DNA of 63,879 bases, counting the filler, from Octopus bimaculoides (Eukaryota): the NCBI RefSeq assembly GCF_001194135.2. It is 3 parts of 3 records of this genome, joined end to end, with 100 filler letters (N's around TTAATTAATTAA, not from the genome) between each part and the next. Parts side by side here need not be neighbours in the genome. Positions count along the whole stretch, not along the records: positions 22,697 to 51,773 come from NC_068983.1; 2 more parts are not named here. One strand, given 5' to 3'. The notes below the pieces were generated by a model. It ran no database searches. It had not been told where the DNA came from and was given only the letters and a program-made list of their open reading frames with translations. Numbering within the stretch: the stretch's first letter is position 1; each line of letters begins with the position of its first letter. The translations under genes and the position numbers were made by a program. Below are positions 26,980-39,307 of the stretch, piece after piece.

Positions 26980-27975
26980 GAGCACTACGATATTATTATT
27001 CCTGTTTTGTTAAATGAAATTCCGTCGAATTTACAAACGAAAAGGCTTGGGGTTTTACTAAAACAAAAAACATACCTCGAATGGCCAAATGAAATCGAAT
27101 ACGAAGATATGTTTTGGGAGCGTTTTGTAAGACGTCTGTGCGAAAGTGAAATCGATAATGAAATTTAGAACTAAATATAGAGAACTGTTTGGAAACGAGA
27201 CAAACATATACATACGCTTGCATTTAAATAGTGAAAATCACAGTAAGAAAACAAAACTGAGTTCATTATAAAATGATGTTGCTGCTTGGAGTAAAGGTGA
27301 ATTCTTGTATCCTCATGTGTAAGTGAAATTGTTCGAATTTCGATAAACAACATTGTGAATAGTTAAATATCTCGCGACAAATATGACATCTACGATTCAT
27401 CATATGAAAGCAATTCTAAATATGTTTCATTGCGAAACGAAAGTTAGTAGAACTAAAATCTGCCATGGCATACTGTTTCATTCTAAATAAGCAGCTAAAC
27501 GCAATTCTCTGTTTCAACATTATTGCTTGTGCATATCGTATTTTAAAAATAATTACCCTCCTCTGTTATTGTAAATTTTGTAGAAAAATAAAGATAAAAC
27601 AACACACACAGATGAAATATTATTAGTTTCAAAAACGTTTTGTAAATACTTGTAAACATACAGTTGACACTACAAAGGCAGAAAATGCAGAACTATAATA
27701 TTAATTAAATGTAGATTATAAAATTTTGACTTTTCATATAAAATTACTGTTCCAGAGAAATCTGGCAAATTTTGGCGAGTAAGTATTATGTGTCATTCCG
27801 TTATATTATTTTATTATATTTTTCTATTATATTTTAATGTTTCACTTCATCCTAGTGATACTAATAACCTGGTTTCAAAATGCGATAGAAGTTTGCTTTA
27901 CAGAAAAGCATTAAATATCTCAAACATGCCTTATGAATATGTAAAACAATACATCAATAAATCAATATGCATATA
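26980..27975 (+). pseudogene. 5'-truncated TLR paralog: last 62 codons of TIR plus about 800 bp of 3' UTR
   Basis: 26980-27168 encodes EHYDIIIPVLLNEIPSNLQ...WPNEIEYEDMFWERFVRRLCESEIDNEI*, colinear with 42020-42208. Homology continues through the 3' flank to about 27975 vs about 43020. The 5' side abuts a (TCTA)n tract of a SINE. Confidence 0.9.
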
Positions 27976-27976
27976 C

Positions 27977-28044
<68 letters not shown>

Positions 28045-28059
28045 AACACACAGACACTT

Positions 28060-28450
28060 CCTACACCAACAATCATAAATTGTTGCCACTCCAACTGCAT
28101 GACCAGCATCAACCTTATTGAAGGCACAACATACAAATTCAAAGCAAGATGGACATTCACCGTCAAAAATCCCTTTACATGTTCTTCAAGGAACTTAATA
28201 TGCGCTATGAAATATCAAGGATGTAATGAAGATTACACAGGTCAAACAAAGCTTATTCTAAAAACTAGGCTGACCAATTACCGAGAACAAGTACTAGACA
28301 GATTCCACTGAGTGGTCACATAGACATATGTGTAAAAAATACGTTTCCCAAATTCCAGGTATCCCCACTCTACCTATGTTCAGCGAATAGCACAGATGAA
28401 GGGCGGATAAAGAAAGAAAATTCTTTTATACAAAAACACAAACTAAGACT
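28060..28450 (+). mobile_element. Penelope-like GIY-YIG endonuclease fragment
   Basis: CCHSNCMT...KNPFTCSSRNLICAMKYQGCNEDYTGQTKLILKTRL resembles the PLE GIY-YIG domain. Confidence 0.75.
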
Positions 28451-29400
28451 AAACAAACTTTAACAAAGCACATACACAAATAACTATTCACACACAAAAT
28501 TCATTTTGCCAAAATCATTCTGCCACTTATGATGAACCGACACAAATAACAACCTAAAATTTTAGCCACTGGACTATATACAAAAGACTCCTGTCCACTC
28601 TCCCTCTAGACAAATTGAATTTGGAGTGCCATAATAATAAATAAGCATGTTCACTCAAATGTGTCAGACTTCTTTTTAGGCGTAAAATGTACTGATACTT
28701 GACACTAACGAACAAACGTAAGGGGAAACATACAAAATGTTATAAACTTCATTCTCTACAAACATATGAAAGCATTCACAGCATTGATTGTTTAGACATG
28801 AGCAGTCAACCGTGCCAGTCTTAGCTAAGGAAGCCAAACATTGTCATTGGATACTAACACACGGACGTAGCGAGGAACCTAAAAAATTTCTGAGACCAGT
28901 CATGTGACTATTCTCTACCAATAAAATCCTATTCAAAACATACACTAATTTGAGCCATGAGCTGCCAATCAAGATACGGCACGCTTGAAGCACTAGTCAG
29001 AAGCAAGAGAGCTACGACATAAAACACGTCTTTCTATTTGAACTTTTTGAAAATCAGTGTACAATGTGATATTAATAAACAAGGCGCAGGAGTTGGTGTG
29101 TGGTAAGTAGCTTGCATACCAACCACATGGTTCCGGTTCCGTCCCACTGCGTGGCACCCTGGGCAAGTGTCTTCTACTATAGCCTCGGGCCGACCAAACC
29201 CTTCTGAGTGGATTTGGTAGACGGAAACTGAAAGAAGCCCGTCGTATATATATATATATATATAATTAACATAATATGGTAAAAATTCGATATTAATTAA
29301 TATCAATTTAATACCAGGAAACTAGCACATTAGAAGAATCAGAAGGTTCACGAAGAAATTTTTTTCGAGATCCTAAAAAGATTATAGTACTTGTGTATAT

Positions 29401-29620
29401 AAGATTGACCAGTAACCGGTCTGTCAATATGCTAGAAGAAGCTCACTTAAAAAATTCTCAAATCCGGGTTCAGCGGATAAACTATAGTCTGCAGATAATC
29501 GAGGTATGTACAATTTTCACTGGTCTAGCCCGCCTGTTTTTGCTCCGCTGAATCCGTATTTGACAATTTTTTAAGTGAGCTTCTTCTAGCATATTGACAG
29601 ACCGGTTACTGGTCAATCTT
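29401..29620. repeat. 77-bp inverted repeat with 66-bp spacer
   Basis: Arms 29401-29477 and 29544-29620; outer 56 bp perfect, 3 mismatches inside. Confidence 0.9.
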
Positions 29621-30113
29621 NNNNNNNNNNNNNNNNNNNNNNNNNNNNNNNNNNNNNNNNNNNNNNNNNNNNNNNNNNNNNNNNNNNNNNNNNNNNNNNN
29701 NNNNNNNNNNNNNNNNNNNNNNNNNNNNNNNNNNNNNNNNNNNNNNNNNNNNNNNNNNNNNNNNNNNNNNNNNNNNNNNNNNNNNNNNNNNNNNNNNNNN
29801 NNNNNNNNNNNNNNNNNNNNNNNNNNNNNNNNNNNNNNNNNNNNNNNNNNNNNNNNGCTAGTGTGTTTACGTCCCCGTAACTTAGCGGTTCGACAAAGGA
29901 GACCGATAGAATAAGTACTAGGCTTACAAAGAATAAGTCCTGGGGTCAATTTTCTCGACCAAAGGCGGTGCTCCAGTATGGCCGCAGTCAAATGACAGAA
30001 ACAAGTAAAAGAGTAAAAGAGTAAAAGAGAATATTTAAAAAATGAATAACTATTCTCAGAGCATTTTCAACTTCTACATTTCCTATATTTCTACTGGTAT
30101 GGAATAAAATAAC

Positions 30114-30166
<53 letters not shown>

Positions 30167-30673
30167 TATATATAATTTAATTAGAGATTGTGCTAATCTC
30201 ATGAAGGGATGCGTTCATCCAAGGAAATACTGGTTCAATACCTGTGTTTTTGGGGAATAAAATTTCCTTGAAAACGAAGGTATATATTAAGCATACAGTT
30301 GGTATCCATTTCAAAGATGAAAAGGAAATGTAGATATGGAAATTAATAATATTTCATTATTAACAAAGTGGTCATCTTCGCTTCTTACAGCCGTTTCAAT
30401 AAATACTCAATAATTTCATTCAGCAGTCTGCTGAAATGAATTGATAGGTCTACATATAATATCCAAAGGTACGTATTCTTTTTCTCTGATGAAATTATAC
30501 CCATGTCAGATAAATATAAATTTAATGTACAATTTTGTAATTAAATTATTGAGTATTAATTGAAACGGCGGCAAGACGCGAAGATAACAATTGTGTCAAT
30601 AATAACTAATCTTCAACTTCCACTCCATTTTCTTCTTATATACATACATATATATATACACACATACATATTC

Positions 30674-30713
<40 letters not shown>

Positions 30714-31319
30714 NNNNNNNNNNNNNNNNNNNNNNNNNNNNNNNNNNNNNNNNNNNNNNNNNNNNNNNNNNNNNNNNNNNNNNNNNNNNNNNNNNNNNNN
30801 NNNNNNNNNNNNNNNNNNNNNNNNNNNNNNNNNNNNNNNNNNNNNNNNNNNNNNNNNNNNNNNNNNNNNNNNNNNNNNNNNNNNNNNNNNNNNNNNNNNN
30901 NNNNNNNNNNNNNNNNNNNNNNNNNNNNNNNNNNNNNNNNNNNNNNNNNNNNNNNNNNNNNNNNNNNNNNNNNNNNNNNNNNNNNNNNNNNNNNNNNNNN
31001 NNNNNNNNNNNNNNNNNNNNNNNNNNNNNNNNNNNNNNNNNNNNNNNNNNNNNNNNNNNNNNNNNNNNNNNNNNNNNNNNNNNNNNNNNNNNNNNNNNNN
31101 NNNNNNNNNNNNNNNNNNNNNNNNNNNNNNNNNNNNNNNNNNNNNNNNNNNNNNNNNNNNNNNNNNNNNATACGTTGTCTGCGTGTGTGTCCTCAATGGA
31201 CGCTCAAACCTCTAGATCAATCTGTACCATACATGGTGTGTATAAATTATTTGACCTTGGAAAGAATAATACGGTCTTGATTTATTTCTTTTATTAAAAA
31301 TAATATTGCATTATATATA

Positions 31320-32760
31320 AAGATTCACTTCTTCAAACTGTTTTGTCAAAGTCAACTTCCTGTGTAAGGCGGCGAGCTGGTAGAAGCGATAGCACGCCGG
31401 GCGAAATGTTTAGCGTTATTTTGTCTGCCGTTACGTTCTGAGTTCAAATTTCGCCGAGGTCGACTTTGACTTTCATCCTCTCGGGGTCGATAAATTAAGT
31501 ACCACTTACGCTCTGCGGTCGATGTAATCGACTTAATCCCTTTGTCTGTCCTTGGTTGTCTCCCCTACGTTTAGCCGCTTGTGGGCAATAAACAAATAAG
31601 AAACTTTAGCTCGCCGGGCGAAATGCTTAGCAGTATTTCGTCTGTCTTTACGTCTGAGTTCAAATTCCGCCGGGTTCGACTTTGCCTTTCATACTTTCGG
31701 GGTCGATAAATTGAGTACCAGTTGCATACTGGGTCGTTCTAATCGACTGATCCCCTCCCCAAAAATTTCGGGCCTTGTACTTAGAGTAGGAAAGAATATC
31801 AACTTCCTGTGTTTAGCGTCCTGACGTTGTAACTAAGCAACCAGCTATTTATTTACACACGCACGGATGTATACATCATTACAGTTGTGGCGATTTCTGA
31901 TAAAAAGGAATTTCCTAAGGTACTTGCACTTTTTATATTCTTCTCCAGATTTCCATTTGCGTATCTGTACGTAGAGGTTCATTTGTGTGTGTGAGAAAAA
32001 AAAAAAAGAAAATTCATACTGAGATAGATACATTTTCATTCATTTAATTAATCAATTGTCAACAGACCTGTTTCATATACATAAGAAATATAATTATCTG
32101 TGTGCGTGTGTGAGAAAAAAAAATTCATTCGGAGATAGACGCCTTTTCTCAATTAATTGAATAAGGTACTCCATATTGTCCATTGACTTTTCAAGTCACC
32201 TTTTTAACACTCGACATTTCACATTTAAATCCGATATTATGATTATGCTTGGCGCAACTCGACTTATTAACGCTTTCACTTCTTCGAACCGTTTTGTCAA
32301 TGTCAATATAGTAACTAAGCAACCAGTTATTTGCACACACCCACACTTGTGTATACACCATTGCAGTTGTGACGACTTCAGATAAAAAGGAATTTCCTAA
32401 GGTACTTTCATTTTTTTATACTCTTCTCTAGCTTTCTATTTGTTTAAGATATGTAATTACATGAGTGTGTGTGTGGTAAACAAAATATCATAGAGTGATA
32501 GACGCCTTTTTTCTCATTGAAGCAAATGAGGTACTGTATATTTTACGTTGATTTTCCGATACATATTTCGGACATTTTTGGAATGATATTTCACATTAAA
32601 TCCGATGTGATTATTCTTGGCACAGCTCGACTTATTAACACTTTTATTCCTTCGAAGCATTTTGTCAACGTCAACTTCCTGTGTCTGGCGTTCTTTCATT
32701 TCTTTTATATTCTTCCCCAGCTTTCTATTTGTGTATCTGTACGTACAGGTTCATTGATAA
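31320..32760. repeat. Degenerate tandem triplication of a roughly 350-bp unique unit
   Basis: Recurring ttttgtcaa.gtcaa, gtaactaagcaaccag, gataaaaaggaatttcctaaggtact and aaatccgat...ctcgacttattaac segments. Confidence 0.75.
31366..31798 (+). mobile_element. Dimeric SINE
   Basis: Two head-to-tail monomers enclosed by a 14-bp TSD TCAACTTCCTGTGT (31352-31365, 31799-31812). Confidence 0.88.
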
Positions 32761-32799
32761 CTAACATTACATAGTAGTTGCGACATCATTTTCCCAATT

Positions 32800-34670
32800 A
32801 CTTTATAAACTGCTACCGAAGAAAAGTGCTGGGCTGTCACGGAAGGCCCCTGCTGCAAAGCGCAAGGCAGCTGCACGATTTAGAGAGTCTGATGAACAAC
32901 ATAATCAAAGGGTATCGTAAAACCAACCAGAATGTGCTATCAGTCTGATAGCACATTCGTACATGTAGAGTTTATCTCGAACCGGTAGCGCCTCCTAGTA
33001 ACATTGCTAGGCCAAGGAAATATAGAAATTATCCATGATAGTTCCCGACCGGAAAGACCTCCGGAACCGACTAGCCAGTTCGTTCTTGTCGGCGCCCACA
33101 GTCTCCTCGAGAAGGTTGTCGCACTTCCCCGCCACTAAGCCTTTATAAATTTCTAAAGCGGAATATTCACCGATCCCATCAGGCGACTGGTTGAGGGCTA
33201 TGATCGCCTGGCGACATTCTAGGGGCCAGTCACCCAGTCTCGGTCTTTTCTGCACCCAAGACTGACACTCCGTCAAGGAGACGAGGTGCGGAAAGACAGG
33301 TCTCACAAATAGAGCCCAGACACGCTCACCGTCCAGAAATCGTTACCGATCGCGTAACCTAAGTGTGTGTCTGCGCATTAGGAGCCAGGGCATACCTAAT
33401 CCGCCACTCAGAGGATGCTGGAGACAGACCGACGGCCTGACCATTGGAACGCGTACCATCCACAAAAATTTAACTGAGAGACGCTCCAACCAAGGCACGA
33501 CAGCCAGGCAATAAATGATAACGGAGGCGATATAAGCATTCGCCACCTCTGTCCGACCTTTCAGGGACAGCGTATTCTCAGCCCATTTCTGTGTAAGTCT
33601 GGTCACCCTGTTCACCACCTCATCGCAATTCTTATGAACCTGGAGGTCCGGACTAAACCAGACCCAGAACAGTTTAACTGGTCCGTCGGTCGAGCATCCA
33701 ACGACGCCGTGCGATGGCATCGTCCTGCCTCTCCAAGAGCTGAACCGCGAACCCACTGATTTGTCGGCGTCGTTGATTTTAGCCCCTGCAACCGACTCAT
33801 ATTCGTTTAAGATGGTGCCGACCGTCTCCGCTTCGAAGGCGTCCGACACCATGACGGTGAGGGCGTCCGCGTATGCCGACACTGTCCTTCCCTGTCCCAG
33901 TTCGAAAGGGATGCCTTTTAGCTGTTCCATCTTCCGCAGCAGCGGATCGAGTGTTAATATGCACCGAAGAAGAGACAGCGGACAGCCCTGACGGACGGAG
34001 CGTGCGATGCCAAACGGCCCCGAGAGGTGGCCGTTTACTTTGACCACTGAATAAGGGCTGCTAAGTATTGCAGAGATCCAGCTGCTGAAAACGGGTCAGA
34101 AACCGTCTGCTTACATGGCGGCTCCCAAGTAGCGATGTCGACCTTATCGAATACTTCTGATTAATCCAAATTCATCAGAGCACTCAGGAAGCCAGCTTTG
34201 GCCCCAGCCCTCTCTATGATGGAGGTTGTTGTGGATAAATCTGCTCGGGATTTCGCACGTTTACGCTTCTCCGACCAGGCTATTGACGACAAACGGCAGC
34301 CTTTTTGGCAACACCTTGGCCAAAATACTAAACTCTGCGTTTAGCAGAGTTATGGGCAGAAAATTCTCCAGTACGTCCCCATTGACGGCGTTCTTCCTCA
34401 GCAGTATCACCTCTGTTAACAGCACTAGGAAATCTCCCGTTCTGTTGCAGTTGCGTTAGGCGTCTGTCAAGAGGTCGCCAAAAAAATCTGGCCTGAATAC
34501 ATAGAATTCATAGGGCAGACCATCCAAACCGGGCGATCTGCAACTTGTGCAATTGTTCATCGCCTCCCCAATTTCAGCGGCTGTTATCGGCCTTTCAGAT
34601 AACTTCGTGTCAGCTGCTGAGTGTCGCAGCAAGCCGTCCAAGTACGAACTAAATTCCAGATGAGCACCGA
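32800..34670 (-). mobile_element. 5'-truncated L1/Tx1-clade non-LTR retrotransposon (RT remnant)
   Basis: SPGLDGLPYEFY (34456-34641), a PITLLN..ILAK motif near 34300-34400, VRQGCPLS and YAD motifs (33343-34047); multiple stops and frameshifts. 3' boundary approximate. Confidence 0.88.
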
Positions 34671-35154
34671 GGTCGATTTAATCGACTAACTCACTCCCTC
34701 AAAATCTGAGGCCTTGCACCTATTGTAGAGAGGATTATTAAGGCGATGAGCTGGGAAAAATATTTATAACGCCGGACAAAATGCTTAACGTCATTTTGTC
34801 CCTCATTACGTCCTGATTCTAAATTGCACCGAGGTTAACTTTAGATTTCTGTGTCGATAAATGAATACAAAATTTGAAATAAGTACAAAATTTGAAACCA
34901 CTGTTACTCTCATAATGATGAGAGGAATAATAGTAGCAGAGTTATTTCAATTTTTGGTTCAAGTCTAGCAATTTCGGGCCAAGGGCTAAGTTGTTTACAA
35001 CCACGCCAATACTCTGTTTCATGTTTTATGGATCCCGTAAGGAAGAAAGACAGAGCCGACTCTTTAATAATGGGAAATTGCTACTTAATTTTCAATGATT
35101 TTGTATACTATTTCACCCTGTATATAATTTGGTTTCGGTATTTGAATGGACAAA

Positions 35155-35527
35155 TTGTTGTTGGCACTCGTCGAGGGTTCCAGTTGATCCGATCAACGGA
35201 ACAGCCTGCTCGTGAAATTAACGTGCAAGTGGCTGAGCACTCCACAGACACGTGTACCCTCAACGTAGTTCTCGAGGATATTCAGCGTGACACAGTGTGA
35301 CAAGACTGACCCTTTGAAACAAAGGTACAACAGAAACAGGAAGAAAAAGTGAGAGAAAGTTGTGGTGAAAGAGTACAGCAGGGTTCGTCACCATCCCCTG
35401 CCGGAGCCTCGTGGAGCTTTAGGTGTTTTCGCTCAATAAACACTCACAACGCCCGGTCAGGGAATCGAAACCACGATCCTATTACCGCGAGTCCGCTGCC
35501 CTAACCACTGGGCCATTGGGCCTCCAC
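35155..35527 (-). mobile_element. Full-length tRNA-derived SINE with (CAA)n tail
   Basis: A/B-box head GGCCCAGTGGTTAGG...GGTTTCGATTCCC; TSD TGAATGGAC at 35143-35151 and 35528-35536; copies at 13958-14286 and 20411-20520. Confidence 0.88.
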
Positions 35528-35529
35528 TG

Positions 35530-36144
35530 AATGGACTAATACTCTTATGTAATTATCTGATGGCAATTTCAATAGCTGTAATGCATTAGAGCTTGGAGAC
35601 TAGATAAAAATTCTCTCATATCAACCATTAGTTTCCCATTTAATTAGTGGGGATGGTACATATTCTTTTATTTGTAACTTTGCTTTTTTAAATAATTAAT
35701 ACTAATTGATAATGATCATTGTTGATATTTTGCTTCCTATATCGTAAACATGTTTAAAACTGTCAGCGAGTTGGTATGCAGATGCAGCAATAAATTGGTA
35801 ACAATAGCACCCTAGTTGTGTATTATACAGTTACTGGTCATTGATGGTTCCATATATATTTACTCGGTAAGTGAAACCTTGATTGATAAATTTGCATTAT
35901 CGCGCTGTACTTATTGTAAAAGTGCTTTGCTAAGTAGTGAAGGTGTTTCACGCATGATAGTTAATGTGGGGTTACGATTCCTGGACAGGGCGATGCGATG
36001 TGATTTTGAGCAAAACATTTCGTTTCACGTTGATCCAGACCATTGTTGTTGTTATATGTATGTATGTATGTATGTATGTATGAAATTAGATGTGTTCCTA
36101 TGACAGAGAAAGGAGTAAGCGAGGGAGAGAGAGAGAGTGTGTGT

Positions 36145-36183
<39 letters not shown>

Positions 36184-36210
36184 TTCTAGTAGAGACCACA
36201 ATGAACGATG
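35530..36210 (+). promoter_or_regulatory. Conserved non-coding block copy 1; candidate TLR promoter/5' UTR exon with splice donor at 35867
   Basis: Alignable over about 650 bp to 49110-50087. Both copies keep TCG|GTAAGT. A candidate acceptor TATTTCAG (40051-40052) lies 92 nt before the TLR ATG. Function is inferred only. Confidence 0.4.
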
Positions 36211-36821
36211 TCTTCAATGTGAATTAATACTGTTGACGGAAACTGTGAGGCGTCTGTCGCGTATAATATATTCATACATTCATACGTAATACATTTATAC
36301 ACACACACACACACACACATACACATATATATATGCATATANNNNNNNNNNNNNNNNNNNNNNNNNNNNNNNNNNNNNNNNNNNNNNNNNNNNNNNNNNN
36401 NNNNNNNNNNNNNNNNNNNNNNNNNNNNNNNNNNNNNNNNNNNNNNNNNNNNNNNNNNNNNNNNNNNNNNNNNNNNNNNNNNNNNNNNNNNNNNNNNNNN
36501 NNNNNNNNNNNNNNNNNNNNNNNNNNNNNNNNNNNNNNNNNNNNNNNNNNNNNNNNNNNNNNNNNNNNNNNNNNNNNNNNNNNNNNNNNNNNNNNNNNNN
36601 NNNNNNNNNNNNNNNNNNNNNNNNNNNNNNNNNNNNNNNNNNNNNNNNNNNNNNNNNNNNNNNNNNNNNNNNNNNNNNNNNNNNNNNNNNNNNNNNNNNN
36701 NNNNNNNNNNNNNNNNNNNNNNNNNNNNNNNNNNNNNNNNNNNNNNNNNNNNNNNNNNNNNNNNNNNNNNNNNNNNNNNNNNNNNNNNNNNNNNNNNNNN
36801 NNNNNNNNNNNNNNNNNNNNN

Positions 36822-37186
36822 CCCCCCGTGTTCCGTTTTCCATACAGTATATGCGATTCTCTGTATAATCAACTACGGTACGCTACGTATTTTCTTTTAA
36901 TATATTTTAATTAATGTGTCATACAGTGCAGCACTGTACTGTATCTTTATTCATTGATTTGTTAATTTTTAGGTGCGAAAATGCTTATTTTATCACAGAA
37001 ATAATTAAAATCTAAAGAATATAAATACCTATCCGCCGCAGAAACCGGCGATATACAGAGGGGTCAGCGATATAAATTTGCATCTATTAACCAGAAAAAT
37101 CCGCGATGTACTGACTGCGCGATAGGTGACCCGCGATGTATTAAGTGCGCCATTGGTGGACTGCGATATGGCTAGGGATTATTGTA
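36822..37186. mobile_element. Possible pogo/Tigger-like non-autonomous element end
   Basis: Ends in ctgcgatatggctagggattattgTA, resembling pogo-type TIRs; GCGAT repeated internally. The other end is probably in the N-gap. Confidence 0.45.
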
Positions 37187-37286
37187 TGTTTGATTATGTA
37201 TGTATTTATACGCATAAGTATTGATACGTGTTTGTAAAATCACATATACACACAGACACTCACGCTCAGCTACAAATATATGTATA

Positions 37287-37440
37287 TATTGGGTTGGTGT
37301 ATAATTATTGCGGCTTTTCTCAACAAATTTTATTGAACAACATGTAACAAAAATATCTTTAGATGATTATTCCGGAGCATATTCACCATCTACTTCAATT
37401 ACTGTTTCCCATTTGCTTGGTAGACGGCCAGGCCGTCATT
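37287..37440 (-). mobile_element. Mariner 3' end fragment (Hsmar1-like TIR)
   Basis: TA-TTGGGTTGGTGTATAATTATTGCGGC terminus; minus-strand RLPSKWETVIEVDGEYAPE* matches a mariner C-terminus. Confidence 0.75.
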
Positions 37441-37470
37441 TAGAGATGTTTTTGTTAAATATTGTTATTA

Positions 37471-37534
<64 letters not shown>

Positions 37535-38419
37535 GTATATATATATANNNNNNNNNNNNNNNNNNNNNNNNNNNNNNNNNNNNNNNNNNNNNNNNNNNNN
37601 NNNNNNNNNNNNNNNNNNNNNNNNNNNNNNNNNNNNNNNNNNNNNNNNNNNNNNNNNNNNNNNNNNNNNNNNNNNNNNNNNNNNNNNNNNNNNNNNNNNN
37701 NNNNNNNNNNNNNNNNNNNNNNNNNNNNNNNNNNNNNNNNNNNNNNNNNNNNNNNNNNNNNNNNNNNNNNNNNNNNNNNNNNNNNNNNNNNNNNNNNNNN
37801 NNNNNNNNNNNNNNNNNNNNNNNNNNNNNNNNNNNNNNNNNNNNNNNNNNNNNNNNNNNNNNNNNNNNNNNNNNNNNNNNNNNNNNNNNNNNNNNNNNNN
37901 NNNNNNNNNNNNNNNNNNNNNNNNNNNNNNNNNNNNNNNNNNNNNNNNNNNNNNNNNNNNNNNNNNNNNNNNNNNNNNNNNNNNNNNNNNNNNNNNNNNN
38001 NNNNNNNNNNNNNNNNNNNNNNNNNNNNNNNNNNNNNNNNNNNNNNNNNNNNNNNNNNNNNNNNNNNNNNNNNNNNNNNNNNNNNNNNNNNNNNNNNNNN
38101 NNNNNNNNNNNNNNNNNNNNNNNNNNNNNNNNNNNNNNNNNNNNNNNNNNNNNNNNNNNNNNNNNNNNNNNNNNNNNNNNNNNNNNNNNNNNNNNNNNNN
38201 NNNNNNNNNNNNNNNNNNNNNNNNNNNNNNNNNNNNNNNNNNNNNNNNNNNNNNNNNNNNNNNNNNNNNNNNNNNNNNNNNNNNNNNNNNNNNNNNNNNN
38301 NNNNNNNNNNNNNNNNNNNNNNNNNNNNNNNNNNTATATATATATATATATATATATATGAAAAGCAACAACGAAAATGCTACTTTTTAAAATTTCGGTA
38401 CATTTGAATTTCATTATAT

Positions 38420-39250
38420 AGATACATTTAAAAAATGATTTTGTTTTCCATGTTTTGGTTGTTGAAAAACCTTATGAAAAATATGAATTCGGTAAATTTG
38501 TTGTATGTACATTTATCTATGTGTTGTGTGACAGGTATTTTCCTGTATTCCGGAATTCTAATTTGAGATTTGTGCACCGCCACCTTCTTACGTAGGCTGT
38601 TTCTTTGTGTGCCCAATATACTGCGTTTGCATCCCGCGCATATAATTAAGTAAATCAAATTCTCCGATGCACATGTAAAGTTAGTTTCTATGGTAAAATG
38701 TTGGCCTTGTTCTAATCGATATTCTGATTCTTCTATTATATAGGTACAGATCCCACAGTTGGGTCTCCCGCACTTTTTTACTGTCGGCTTTGTGGTTAGT
38801 GTTGAGTGAAATTTGCCCTGGGTTAAAATCCTCTTACTTTTGGTGATTTTGTGTGTTATGAGGATTTGATTTATCTTTGGGTCTCTCTTGACTAGAGCTG
38901 TGCTGTGGAGTATAGTGTTGAAGGCCTCATTTTTATGTGGGTTGTGTAAGGCAGGGTTTTCAATTTTTCTTCCTTCTTTGGTCTTGGTTGTCTAAGTTCT
39001 TGTGTATTTAATTTAAGGACTCGTTGGATCTTATTGTTGATTAAGGGTTGTGGGTAATTCCTATTGATGAGTGTGTTTTTTTATTCCTGGAGTCGTGTGT
39101 AACGGGTGATTGTGTCTGATACTATTGTGCATATTCTTTTGGCTAAACAGAATGGGATATTCATCCTGGTGCGTCTCGGGTGGCAAGAATCAAATGGCAG
39201 GTACTATTACGACTCCGTGGGTTTGTAATAGATATCTATCTATATTTTGT
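38420..39250 (-). mobile_element. Penelope-like element fragment (RT thumb + GIY-YIG endonuclease)
   Basis: Minus-strand translation gives DIYYKPTES..YLPFDSCHP..IPFCLAKRICTIVS, then KCGRPNCGIC...NFTCASENLIYLIICAGCK and a frameshifted QYIG. Confidence 0.88.
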
Positions 39251-39270
39251 TCCCGACTTTATTAATAAGG

Positions 39271-39307
<37 letters not shown>

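Noticed and set aside
26980-27975. Processed retrocopy origin for the TLR fragment
   Set aside because: No poly(A) tail or TSD is visible, and a second duplicated block at similar offset favours segmental duplication. Not fully excluded.
35816-36103. Similar ORFs in the two duplicated blocks (35816-36103, 49366-49554)
   Set aside because: Peptide similarity follows from DNA duplication; lengths and stops differ and no domain is recognisable.
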